Shown: positions 7,727 to 16,300 of the stretch, piece by piece | How the letters are laid out: every line of letters begins with the position of its first letter | How positions within the stretch are numbered: the first letter of the stretch is position 1 | From: an uncultured Clostridia bacterium | GTDB lineage: Bacteria > Bacillota > Clostridia > Christensenellales > Borkfalkiaceae | Assembly (NCBI GenBank): GCA_947628675.1 | Contig: CANRAR010000003.1 | Location: 11,114-75,113 of the forward strand | Direction: 5' to 3' | Length of the DNA: 64,000 nucleotides | Program-made: the position numbers and the translations under genes | Notes under the pieces: model-generated | The model's database searches: none | Seen by the model: the letters and a program-made list of their open reading frames with translations, nothing else | Told to the model about the DNA's origin: nothing

Positions 7727-8063
7727 GTGCAACGCTTAACGGGTCGCTTGCTCCTCCCGCGCTCCCGCTTGGGGCCCTCCTCATTGCGTGAGGCTTCAAA
7801 GGGCGAAACCTCACGCAACGAGGAGGCTCAGCCGCTCCGCGGGTGGAGCAGTGCACCATGCTCAACAGCCCAGTGGGCTGTGAGCGCACCGCGACAGGAG
7901 CGCCGGAGGGCGCGTCCCGCCCGCACTATTTTCAACCAAGGGCGGCACGAGCCGCAGGCGAAGTACGGGGTTTGCGGCGGTTCCTGCCGACGCAAACGGG
8001 GTAGCGGCAAAAAGACGATGATGATAGAATTCTACTGTGAGTAGATACAAATCGGGACGCATC
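7727..8063 (+). repeat. Structured non-coding element, copy A (337 nt; GTGCAACGC...ATCGGGACGCATC)
   Basis: Near-identical by eye to the reverse complement of 32487-32862. The last ~115 nt are also at 41601-41717. Multiple perfect hairpins and no conserved ORF. The strand label is only a relative orientation. Confidence 0.8.
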
Positions 8064-8299
8064 AAAAAAACGAGCGGGCGGGAGGTGCGGCAGTGGGAAT
8101 GGACGGGACGATTTTATTTAAGGGGGAGGGCAGAGAAGCCCATGGGAGAGAAACACACAGGAGCATAGAAAAAGTGGCGCGGGGCAAAGAGAAGAATTTG
8201 TGGCGAGCATATGAAGGGATAGATCTTCTCCCTATATAAATTTTGCACGGGGGTTGTATTTGTTAAAGCGGCGTGGTATAATTGTAACGCGGTGAACAA

Positions 8300-9070
8300 A
8301 TGAGGATCAAATGGCTCGGGACTGCGACGCTGCTGCTCGAGAGCGGCGCAACGCGCATCCTCCTCGACCCCTATCTTCGGGGGAGAAACAAAAAACTTGC
8401 GCCCATTTCGCCCGACGAGACGGCGGATGTGCAGGCGATCTTTATCACCCACCCCCACCTCGACCACTTTGCCGACGTGAACGCGTGGACGGAGCGCGGC
8501 GTGGAGCGGGTATTCGTCTCGGAAAACGGCATCAGAAATGCGGAAAGGAACGGCATGGACGTCTCCCGTATGCTTCCGCTCGGCTCCGATGAGATGCACC
8601 GTGTGGGCGATTTCACCGTGCGCACCTTCAAGAGCCGTCACTGCAAATTCGACGTTCTGACCGTACTGCGCGTATTTTTCTCGCCGCGCGCGTGGGCGCA
8701 CTTTTTCGGCACCTGTGCCTTTTTGCACCGCGTACGGAAGTTCCCCCTCGACGGCGACATCTACGCGCTCGAGATCTCCGACGGCGAAAGGACGGTGCTG
8801 GCGCTGGGCTCGGCGGGCATGGACGAGCGGGTGCACTATCCCGAGGGCGCCGATCTTCTCGTGTTTCCCTATCAGGGGAGGGTGCGCATGGATAAGTATA
8901 TGCGGAAGTTCTTGCGCGCTATGAAGCCCAAGAAGGTCATGCTTGACCACTTTGACGATGCGTTTCCGCCCCTCACGCACCGCGAGAACACCGGGCGGTT
9001 TGCCGCCGCGGCGGAGGAAGAGGGGACGGAGGGGTTCGTGCCCGCAGAGGGGCAATGGTACGAGGTGTAA
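8300..9070 (+). CDS. MBL-fold metallo-hydrolase
   Basis: HPHLDHF metal-binding motif. 256 aa. TGGTATAAT -10 upstream at ~8273. Confidence 0.8.
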   Translation: MRIKWLGTATLLLESGATRILLDPYLRGRNKKLAPISPDETADVQAIFITHPHLDHFADVNAWTERGVERVFVSENGIRNAERNGMDVSRMLPLGSDEMHRVGDFTVRTFKSRHCKFDVLTVLRVFFSPRAWAHFFGTCAFLHRVRKFPLDGDIYALEISDGERTVLALGSAGMDERVHYPEGADLLVFPYQGRVRMDKYMRKFLRAMKPKKVMLDHFDDAFPPLTHRENTGRFAAAAEEEGTEGFVPAEGQWYEV

Positions 9071-9071
9071 C

Positions 9072-9506
9072 ATGACGAGAGCAGAAAAGGCAAAGGAATA
9101 CTTCAAACAGGGCTACAACTGTGCGCAATCGGTGATGCTTGCCTTTGCGGACAGGCTGGGGCTGCCCGAGGAGAGGGTCGCCGCGCTCGCAAAGCCAATG
9201 GGCGCGGGGCTGGGGCGGCTCCGCGAGATGTGTGGGGCGGTCTCGGGCGGGGCGATGTGCCTCGGGCTCATCTACTCCGATGTGGAGCGGCGCGAAATGT
9301 ATACGCTCGTGCAGGACTTCGCCAAGCGCTTTCAGGCGGAGAACGGCAGTTACAACTGCGGTGAACTGCTGACGGGGGCGGGCGTCCGTCCGGAGAACTT
9401 GCCCACGCCCGAGGAGCGCACCGAGGCCTATTACAGGAAGCGCCCGTGCGCCGACCTCGTGTACAGCGCCGCCCGCATTCTCGAGGAGATGACGGAGGAA
9501 AATTAA
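9072..9506 (+). CDS. C_GCAxxG_C_C family redox-active protein
   Basis: MTRAEKAKEYFKQGYNCAQSV...CGAVSGG...CADL pattern typical of the family. ATG at 9072, 1 nt after the previous stop. Confidence 0.75.
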   Translation: MTRAEKAKEYFKQGYNCAQSVMLAFADRLGLPEERVAALAKPMGAGLGRLREMCGAVSGGAMCLGLIYSDVERREMYTLVQDFAKRFQAENGSYNCGELLTGAGVRPENLPTPEERTEAYYRKRPCADLVYSAARILEEMTEEN

Positions 9507-9529
9507 ATTTTTTTCGGGGGGACATGGAA

Positions 9530-9562
9530 GGAGCCGCCCGCGCTTTCGGCGCGGGCGGCTCC
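9530..9562. terminator. Bidirectional hairpin terminator between convergent genes
   Basis: GGAGCCGCCCGCGC-TTTC-GGCGCGGGCGGCTCC with T/A runs on both sides. Confidence 0.6.
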
Positions 9563-9612
9563 TCATATTTTTATGGAGATTTTTTCAAAGAGTGCAAAAC
9601 GCTGTGAGTTTT

Positions 9613-10434
9613 TCAGGCGTCGATGCCGATCTTCGTGCAGGGGACGGCGCCCGAGAGGACTTCGGAGATGGTGTATTTTGCGCTTGCGATGTACACGGTG
9701 GTGCCCTGCGCGGCGGCATCTTTGACATATTCGAGTTTGGCGCGCGCGCCGTTCGCCCCCGCGCGGGACGCCCCCTCGCAGAACTTTTTGTGCGCCTCGA
9801 TGTTCTCCACGAGTTCGTACGCATCCTTGCCCGAAATGCGCTTTACGAGCGTTGCGGCGTTCTGCGGGTCGGTGTAGATGCCCTCCGCACTCGTGAAGAT
9901 GACGAGATTTTTGGCGCGGACGAGGCAGGCGATGCGCGAGGCCGTTTCGTCGTTATCCACGCACTCATACACGTGGCGGCGATCCTTGCCGAGGGCGGCG
10001 ATCTCCAATCGCCTGTTCTCCTCGGAGGAGACGGCGTCGTTGTAGTTGACGATGGGTACGGCGTTCTGCTCCTTGCAGCGCAGGAGCAGATCCTTGATGT
10101 GCTCGCTCTTTGTGGGGTCGTTGAAGTGCTGGTGTTCGACGAGCACCTGCCGCACGTTGTAGCGGGGGTCGATAAACTGCCGGTACGTCTGCATGAGGAT
10201 GGCCTGCCCCTGCGCGGCGTAGTCGGTTTTGGCGTGTTCGCCCGTAAGTTCTGCCCCGCTGCGGGAGAGATAGTCGAGGCGGCCTATTTCCGTTGCGCCG
10301 CTCGAGACCCAGATGACCCCGGGGCGCAGTTCGCGTGAAATGCGCGCCACGCGCGTATAGTCGATGATGTGCGCCTTTTCGTCGATGAGCGCCATCGAAC
10401 CTATCTTGCCCACGAGTTCGGTATCGAATTTCAT
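9613..10434 (-). CDS. Amino-acid kinase family protein (glutamate 5-kinase-like, no PUA domain)
   Basis: KIGSMALID..., VSSGATEIG and NDAVSSEE...DNDETASRIA...IFTSAEGIYTDP resemble ProB-type kinases. Start at ATG 10434 (MKFDT). Confidence 0.65.
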   Translation of the reverse strand: MKFDTELVGKIGSMALIDEKAHIIDYTRVARISRELRPGVIWVSSGATEIGRLDYLSRSGAELTGEHAKTDYAAQGQAILMQTYRQFIDPRYNVRQVLVEHQHFNDPTKSEHIKDLLLRCKEQNAVPIVNYNDAVSSEENRRLEIAALGKDRRHVYECVDNDETASRIACLVRAKNLVIFTSAEGIYTDPQNAATLVKRISGKDAYELVENIEAHKKFCEGASRAGANGARAKLEYVKDAAAQGTTVYIASAKYTISEVLSGAVPCTKIGIDA

Positions 10435-10491
10435 AGTTGCACCTCGTAGCAATCATAGCATGATTTTAAGGGAATTGCAAATAATTTTTGT

Positions 10492-10908
10492 ATGAGAAGA
10501 ATGATTTTTCCCGTTGTGCTGCTGTGCGCCGTCGTTTTATGCGGCTGCCTATGCGGCTGTGACGCGCGCGAGATGACCTCGCTGCCCGACATCTCCAAGC
10601 CGTATGCGGGCACCTACGAGTGCACCGAACTCACCCTCGGCGGCGAGGACGCCCTCGGGCGGTTCGACTACGTGCGGCTCGAACTCAAGGGCGACGAGAC
10701 GTTTGCGCTCTCCTACCGCACCGCGGAGGGCAATGAGGGCGGCGTCGATGGGGAGTACAAGATGGACTTGGAGCGGGGGGAGGTGACCCTCTCCAAAAAG
10801 ACGCTCCTGCGCACCGTCTCCTACGTGTTTGCGGTGGAGAAGGGCGAAATTTTCGGGGAGATGAATATGAGCGGCGAACTGCTCCACGCGCGGTTTGCGA
10901 TGCCGTAG
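10492..10908 (+). CDS. Small lipoprotein, unknown function
   Basis: Signal peptide with Cys-rich lipobox region (VVLCGCLCGC). 138 aa. Confidence 0.55.
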   Translation: MRRMIFPVVLLCAVVLCGCLCGCDAREMTSLPDISKPYAGTYECTELTLGGEDALGRFDYVRLELKGDETFALSYRTAEGNEGGVDGEYKMDLERGEVTLSKKTLLRTVSYVFAVEKGEIFGEMNMSGELLHARFAMP

Positions 10909-10995
10909 TTGCCCCTTCCCCCGTGTCCCCCTCCCCGCGCCAATGGCGCGGGGAGGGGATAATAATGAGGGGATCATAATAAGGAAAGGCGCGTA

Positions 10996-11113
10996 TTTGC
11001 CGCCCGCCGCCCGCCGTGCCCCTGTGGGGCGCGGCGGGCGGCGGGCGGCAAAAGATACACTCCCTACGGTCGGTATGAGGAGAGGATACACTCACTGCGG
11101 TCGGTATGAGGGG
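10996..11113. repeat. 57-nt GC palindrome (10996-11052) followed by two tandem R1-type units (11051-11080, 11081-11113)
   Basis: TTTGCCGCCCGCCGCCCGCCG...CGGCGGGCGGCGGGCGGCAAA, then AAAGATACACTCCCTACGGTCGGTATGAGG and AGAGGATACACTCACTGCGGTCGGTATGAGGGG. Confidence 0.75.
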
Positions 11114-11146
11114 GGGGAGAGAAAATTTTTCAAAAACATAGAACAA

Positions 11147-12451
11147 ATGTTTGCAATTTTGCGCGGGGTGTGGTATACTTTCCGTGTGGAACGGACGGCG
11201 CTTTCCGCTTCTCCCTCGCTCACCTCCGATCAAGCCGAGGCGGCAGAGCTCATCGAGGAGTGGTTCTTCAACCTGAATACGCAGATCTTCGTCCTGTGCG
11301 GGTATGCGGGCACGGGAAAAACTTTCCTCGTGGACTACATCGTGCGCAAGATGGGGCTCGTCCCCGGGGAGAGCGCCGTGTTCGTCGCGCCCACGGGCAA
11401 GGCGGCCTCCGTGCTCATCCGCGGCGGCACCCCCGCGGGCACCGTGCATTCCCTCATCTACACGCGCGAGGAGGACATCGAGGTCAACGAGGACGGCGAA
11501 GTCATCTCCGAACGCTTCCTGCGCTTCGTCAAGAAGGACAGGCTGAACAAGGACATCCGCCTCATTGTCGTGGACGAGACGAGCATGGTCTCGGACGACG
11601 TCCTGAAAGATTTGCTGTCCTTCGGCGTCAAGTGCCTCTTCTGCGGCGACCCCGCCCAACTTCCGCCCGTCGGCGGGAGCAATTCCCTGCTCTCTATGCC
11701 CGTTATCACCTTGAAACAGATCGTGCGGCAGGAGGAGAGCAACCCCATCGTGCGGCTCTCGGCGCGGGTGCGGGCGGGCGAGGGCATCTCCCTCGGGAGT
11801 TACGGGGAGAACGTGTGTGTGCTTCCGCGCCGCTCCCTCGACAGGGACACCCGTCGCGAGATCTTCACCCATGCCGATCAGATCATCGTGGGCTCCAACC
11901 GTACGCGCGCCTTCGTCAACCGCGAGATGCGCGAATTTTCGGGCATTCCGCCCACGGCGACGCCCACCGACGGCGAAAAACTCGTGTGTACGCTCAACGA
12001 TTGGTCGAAACCGCTCGACGAGAGGGGGGATTTCCACCTCGTGAACGGCATCATCGGCACCTGCCACCACGTGCGGGAGGGGGAGGACGGGCTGCTGCTT
12101 CTCGACTTCCGCGCTGACTTTTTAAGCAATACGGTGTGCGATCTGCCCGTGGATGCGGGGGTGTTCCGCGAGGGGAAATACTACCACAACTACGGCGCGA
12201 AGGCGTATTTGCTTGCAAACGGGCGGCTCGTGCACGAGAACAACGTGGAGGCGCTCCGCTCGGCGCGCGTGAAACGGGAGGATACGGTGTGCCGCTTTGA
12301 ATTTGCCTACGCCGTCACCTGCCACAAGGCGCAGGGCTCGGAGTACGACAGCGTGGTGGTCTTGGACGAGAGTTACCTCTTTGAAAACAGCGCGTCGTGG
12401 CTGTACACCGCCATCACGCGGGCAAAAAAGAATTTGGTGATCATAAAATAA
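11147..12451 (+). CDS. RecD/Pif1-like SF1 DNA helicase (AAA_30 + UvrD_C_2 type)
   Basis: Walker A GYAGTGKTF, VVDETSMV (motif II) and a C-terminal AVTCHKAQGSEYDSVVV motif. The start is uncertain (ATG 11147 or GTG downstream). The upstream part of the track ORF is repeat DNA. Confidence 0.8.
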   Translation: MFAILRGVWYTFRVERTALSASPSLTSDQAEAAELIEEWFFNLNTQIFVLCGYAGTGKTFLVDYIVRKMGLVPGESAVFVAPTGKAASVLIRGGTPAGTVHSLIYTREEDIEVNEDGEVISERFLRFVKKDRLNKDIRLIVVDETSMVSDDVLKDLLSFGVKCLFCGDPAQLPPVGGSNSLLSMPVITLKQIVRQEESNPIVRLSARVRAGEGISLGSYGENVCVLPRRSLDRDTRREIFTHADQIIVGSNRTRAFVNREMREFSGIPPTATPTDGEKLVCTLNDWSKPLDERGDFHLVNGIIGTCHHVREGEDGLLLLDFRADFLSNTVCDLPVDAGVFREGKYYHNYGAKAYLLANGRLVHENNVEALRSARVKREDTVCRFEFAYAVTCHKAQGSEYDSVVVLDESYLFENSASWLYTAITRAKKNLVIIK

Positions 12452-12529
12452 AAAAGCGCCGCGACCGCGGGGTTTTTCATATGAAGCGCCGCCCGCGGCT
12501 CTGCCGCGGGCGGCATAAAATTTTGCGCG

Positions 12530-13939
12530 TTATTCTTCGGGGGCGGGGAGCCAATCGCCCACGATCATGAGGGGGAATTGAATGGGGCTTGTGGAGTAGG
12601 GCGCATACCATGTGACCGTGCAGATATTGCCTTCCAACGTATAATTGCCTGTATAGATGTAGCCCGTGTAATAACTCTGATCGGAGTAGGTGACTGTAGC
12701 GGCGACGGTGTTGAATTCCTCCATGGAGGAGCAATCAGTTCTCGAAATTTTGACGCTTGAACTTGAAAAGGACTTCTTCGCCGAGAGACCTATTTCATCG
12801 TTGTACCTGACGTCGAGGAGCAAACTCGATACCTTTTCATCATTGTCAAATTCAATGGTAAGGCGTTTATAGATAAGTTTTTTTGCCTGTTCTTTGATCT
12901 CTGCGATGTCTTCTTCAAGGGACACCATCTTGTCAAGTTTTCCGTCAAGAAGCGCTTTTTCTTGTTCTTCCATAAGATCGGCGGCCTTTTCTTCGAGTTC
13001 TATATAATCGTCGCTCATATATTCCCAAGTAAATTTATCGGGCTCTTGATCGTGGGCGGTCGGGGAGACGTAGGGCTCTCCAAAGATTCTTTCTACCGTC
13101 TTTTTATCCGCGCCGAGTTCTATTTTCATAGCATTTTCGAGAGTAAGGCGGTCGCGGGATCCGCCGAGAAGAGTAACGGGGATAGCAATCACGAGGATGA
13201 CGATGTACAAAAGAAAGACGCCGAGTGCTGCAATGCGCACCCAATCGTGGGTTATTTGTTGAGTATGGTTGTGTTTCGCAAGCGCGAGAGAACGCGCGGT
13301 CTCCTGTATGCTGATGACGGGGATGTCTGCCTCATAGATGGGGTCGGATTTGCCGTAATAGCCTGTTTCGAGCTTTTCGCCGAGGGGAAGGGTGAATAGA
13401 CCTAGAAGAGCCGCGGCAAATTCCGAGGCAAATGCAAGCCATATGATGACGGGGACGAGAATCCCCCAAATCCAAGTAGTCGGATTGGTTTCCCCATATA
13501 GCGCATAGACATCATAGGGTTTGGGCGCCGTCAAAATGGGCAGGGCGAGTACATGGAACAAGATCCCGCCAACGAGCAAGAGGGCAGCGAGAAAGCAACC
13601 TATTATCGTTCGGGTGCACAACTTTTTGCGCTCTTGGCCAAGCCTTGCGGGGTTCCAATCGGAGAGCGAAGGGCTCTGAAATCCCCTGACGATACCGACG
13701 ATAATGCCAATGATGCCATAGAAGGGGATCCCGCCGAATAGATAGCCCGTAATGGCCTTTCTGCGTGAGATCCAATTTTCCGTCTTTTTTGCGAGTGCCA
13801 CGTTGGCGGCATCGGGCTCCGCGGCGGGCTCGGGATCATATACGGGCGAGGGCGCGGGAGATTGCATCGGCGCGGGGGCGCCGCAGTTCGGACAGAACTT
13901 GCTATCGAATTCCGTCCCGCAATTTTCACATTTGTGCAT
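12530..13939 (-). CDS. Zinc-ribbon, multi-pass membrane protein (paralog 1)
   Basis: MHKCENCGTEFDSKFCPNCGAPAP zinc ribbon, Pro-rich linker, several TM helices and a soluble C-terminal domain. Start at ATG 13939 with a GGAGG RBS. Confidence 0.75.
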   Translation of the reverse strand: MHKCENCGTEFDSKFCPNCGAPAPMQSPAPSPVYDPEPAAEPDAANVALAKKTENWISRRKAITGYLFGGIPFYGIIGIIVGIVRGFQSPSLSDWNPARLGQERKKLCTRTIIGCFLAALLLVGGILFHVLALPILTAPKPYDVYALYGETNPTTWIWGILVPVIIWLAFASEFAAALLGLFTLPLGEKLETGYYGKSDPIYEADIPVISIQETARSLALAKHNHTQQITHDWVRIAALGVFLLYIVILVIAIPVTLLGGSRDRLTLENAMKIELGADKKTVERIFGEPYVSPTAHDQEPDKFTWEYMSDDYIELEEKAADLMEEQEKALLDGKLDKMVSLEEDIAEIKEQAKKLIYKRLTIEFDNDEKVSSLLLDVRYNDEIGLSAKKSFSSSSVKISRTDCSSMEEFNTVAATVTYSDQSYYTGYIYTGNYTLEGNICTVTWYAPYSTSPIQFPLMIVGDWLPAPEE

Positions 13940-13973
13940 ATGTACCTCCATATAAGAGAATAGTTTCATTATA

Positions 13974-14019
13974 TAGACAAAAACTGTCTATGTCAAATGT
14001 TTTAGACAACTTTCGTCTA
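13974..14019. promoter_or_regulatory. Two palindromic candidate operators in the divergent intergenic region
   Basis: TAGACA-AAAAC-TGTCTA (13974-13990) and TAGAC-AACTTTC-GTCTA (14003-14019). Confidence 0.4.
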
Positions 14020-14030
14020 AAATCTTCGAT

Positions 14031-14240
14031 ATGAAACTGATGTTTGCAGAGAGATTGAAAGATTTGAGAACGGAGCGGGGTCTTAAACAGAGCGCCCTCG
14101 CGGAGGCTTTGGGGACGACCCAGCGCCGCATCTCCTATTGGGAGACGGGCAAAGTGGAGCCCGACCTGCTTTCGCTGTGCAAACTCGCCGAATTTTTCTC
14201 GGTGTCGCTCGACTATCTCGTCGGGCTTAAAGATTATTGA
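14031..14240 (+). CDS. XRE-family HTH regulator (69 aa)
   Basis: FAERLKDLRTERGLKQSALAEALGTTQRRISYWETG is a classic HTH_3 sequence. Confidence 0.85.
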   Translation: MKLMFAERLKDLRTERGLKQSALAEALGTTQRRISYWETGKVEPDLLSLCKLAEFFSVSLDYLVGLKDY

Positions 14241-14313
14241 CCGTGCCGCTTGCCGTCCGTATGACCGCCGCCCAAAAATTTCGGGCGGTTTTTTTGCGGA
14301 ACGGCGCGAAAAC

Positions 14314-14342
14314 TTGACATTTCCACGCAAACAAACTACAAT
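14314..14342 (+). promoter_or_regulatory. Promoter for aspS (TTGACA-17-TACAAT)
   Basis: Hexamers at 14314-14319 and 14337-14342. Preceded by the terminator hairpin CCGCCC-AAAAATTTC-GGGCGG plus a T-run (~14267-14295). Confidence 0.55.
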
Positions 14343-14368
14343 AAGAAAAAAATGCACGAAGGTACGAT

Positions 14369-16117
14369 ATGGCTTACAGAACTCACAACTGCGGCGAACT
14401 TCGCAAAGAGGACGTCGGCAAAAAGGTGACGGTCGCGGGCTGGCTGGATTCAAAGCGCGACAAGGGCGGGCTTTTATTCGCCGTCCTCCGCGACTACTAC
14501 GGCGTGACGCAGGTCGTCTGCTCGGAGGAGCCCATGCTCTCCGCCCTGCGCGAAATTCCCACGGAGTCCACGATCGCCGTCACGGGCGAGGTGGCGCTCC
14601 GCTCCGCGCCCAACGAGAAACTCCCCACGGGGCTCATTGAGATCGTCCCCGAGAAGGTGGAAATTTTGGGCAAGCGCCTCACGCCCGCCCTTCCCTTCGA
14701 GGTCAACCGCTCGACGGAGGCGGGGGAGGACGCGCGCCTCAAATACCGCTTCCTCGATTTGAGAAACCCCGCCGTGAAGGAGAAGATCATTCTCCGCGCC
14801 AACATCATTGCCGACCTTCGGCGCCTCATGACGGAGCAGGGCTTCCTCGAAATTTCCACGCCCATTCTGACGAGTTCCTCGCCCGAGGGCGCGCGCGACT
14901 ACATCGTGCCCAGCCGCCTCTACCCGGGGCAGTTCTACGCCCTGCCGCAGGCGCCGCAGCAGTACAAGCAACTTTTAATGTGCTCGGGGTTCGATAAATA
15001 TTTCCAGATCGCGCCGTGCTTCCGCGACGAGGACGCCCGCGCCGACCGCTCCCCCGGGGAGTTCTACCAACTCGATATCGAAATGGCGTTCGCCGAGCAG
15101 GAGGATGTGTTTGCGGTGCTCGAAAACGTGCTCCCGCCCGTGTTCGCAAAGTACAGCGGTTGGGAGGCGGATAAGCCCCCGTTTGCGCGCATTCCCTACC
15201 TCACCGCCTTGGAGGAATTCGGCACCGACAAGCCCGACCTTCGCAACCCGCTCCGCATCAAGGATGTGACGGAACTTGCAAAACGCTGCGAGTTTGAGCC
15301 CCTGCACGGCGTCACAAAGGCCATCGTGGTGAAGGACGTCAACGTACCGCGCAAGTGGATCGACAAGACGGCGGAGGAGTTCACTGTAAAGACGGAGGGC
15401 GGCAAACTCTTCTGGTTCAAACTGGACGAAACCGGCGCGCCCGCGGGCGGCATCGCAAAGTTCGTTGCGGACAGCGCGGAAGAGTGGAAATCGGCACTTG
15501 GGGTGGAAAAAAACGCCTTCGTCGCCCTCGTCTCCGAGGAAAAACTGCAACTCGTGCAAAAGCGCGCGGGGCTCCTTCGCACCATGCTCGGCACGGGGCT
15601 GGATCTTTGCGAGAAGAATGTTTACAGGTTCTGCTGGATCGTCGATTTCCCCATGTACGAGATCGGCGAGGAGAGCGGGCAACTCGAATTTTGCCACAAC
15701 CCGTTCTCCATGCCGCAGGGGGGCATGGCGGCGTTTGAAAAGGACCCGCTCGAAATTCTCGCCTATCAGTACGACATCGTGTGCAACGGCGTGGAACTCT
15801 CGTCGGGGGCTGTGCGCAACCACGACCCCGCCATCATGCTCAAAGCGTTCTCGCTCGTCGGGCTCGGCGAGGAGGAGGTGCGGGCGAAGTTCCCCGCCCT
15901 CTACAACGCCTTCGAGTACGGCGCGCCCCCCCATGCGGGCGTCGCCCCCGGGGTGGACAGAATGGTGATGCTCATCGCCGATACCACCAACATCCGCGAG
16001 GTCATCGCCTTCCCCATGAACGCCAAGGCGCGCGATCTTTTGATGAATGCGCCGTCGCCCGTCGAAAAGAAGCAACTCGACGAGGTGCACATCGAGGTCA
16101 AGGAAGAGAAAAAATAG
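14369..16117 (+). CDS. aspS: Aspartate--tRNA ligase
   Basis: 582 aa. MAYRTHNCGELR..., FYALPQAPQQYKQLLM, CFRDEDARADR and GGIAPGVDR-type class II motifs. Confidence 0.97.
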   Translation: MAYRTHNCGELRKEDVGKKVTVAGWLDSKRDKGGLLFAVLRDYYGVTQVVCSEEPMLSALREIPTESTIAVTGEVALRSAPNEKLPTGLIEIVPEKVEILGKRLTPALPFEVNRSTEAGEDARLKYRFLDLRNPAVKEKIILRANIIADLRRLMTEQGFLEISTPILTSSSPEGARDYIVPSRLYPGQFYALPQAPQQYKQLLMCSGFDKYFQIAPCFRDEDARADRSPGEFYQLDIEMAFAEQEDVFAVLENVLPPVFAKYSGWEADKPPFARIPYLTALEEFGTDKPDLRNPLRIKDVTELAKRCEFEPLHGVTKAIVVKDVNVPRKWIDKTAEEFTVKTEGGKLFWFKLDETGAPAGGIAKFVADSAEEWKSALGVEKNAFVALVSEEKLQLVQKRAGLLRTMLGTGLDLCEKNVYRFCWIVDFPMYEIGEESGQLEFCHNPFSMPQGGMAAFEKDPLEILAYQYDIVCNGVELSSGAVRNHDPAIMLKAFSLVGLGEEEVRAKFPALYNAFEYGAPPHAGVAPGVDRMVMLIADTTNIREVIAFPMNAKARDLLMNAPSPVEKKQLDEVHIEVKEEKK

Positions 16118-16300
16118 AGGGGAAACATACAGAACGGCACGGCCGCGTCTGAGGCGCCGCAGGCATAAGTTTTGTGTAAAATGTGAGAAGCCGCTCCCGT
16201 TCGGGGGGGGGCGGTTTTCGCGTAAAATTTTCATTGCTTTCTTGACATTTCGGGTGTGGGCGATATAATAAAGGCAATCAAAACAGGGGGGAAAACAAGT

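Noticed and set aside
7727-8063. Group II intron (ORF-less, class C-like) interpretation of the structured element family.
   Set aside because: One end reads GTGCRAC and the size is right. However, in neither orientation could I fold a canonical 34-nt domain V near the 3' end (AGC/CGC triad stem, 2-nt bulge, GNRA loop) or a domain VI with a bulged A close to the end. It remains something to test with Rfam models, not a call.
10685-12070. 461-aa reverse-strand ORF across the lipoprotein gene, repeat DNA and the helicase gene.
   Set aside because: It spans repeat DNA and is antisense to a helicase with clear Walker motifs. Its composition is an artefact of GC content.
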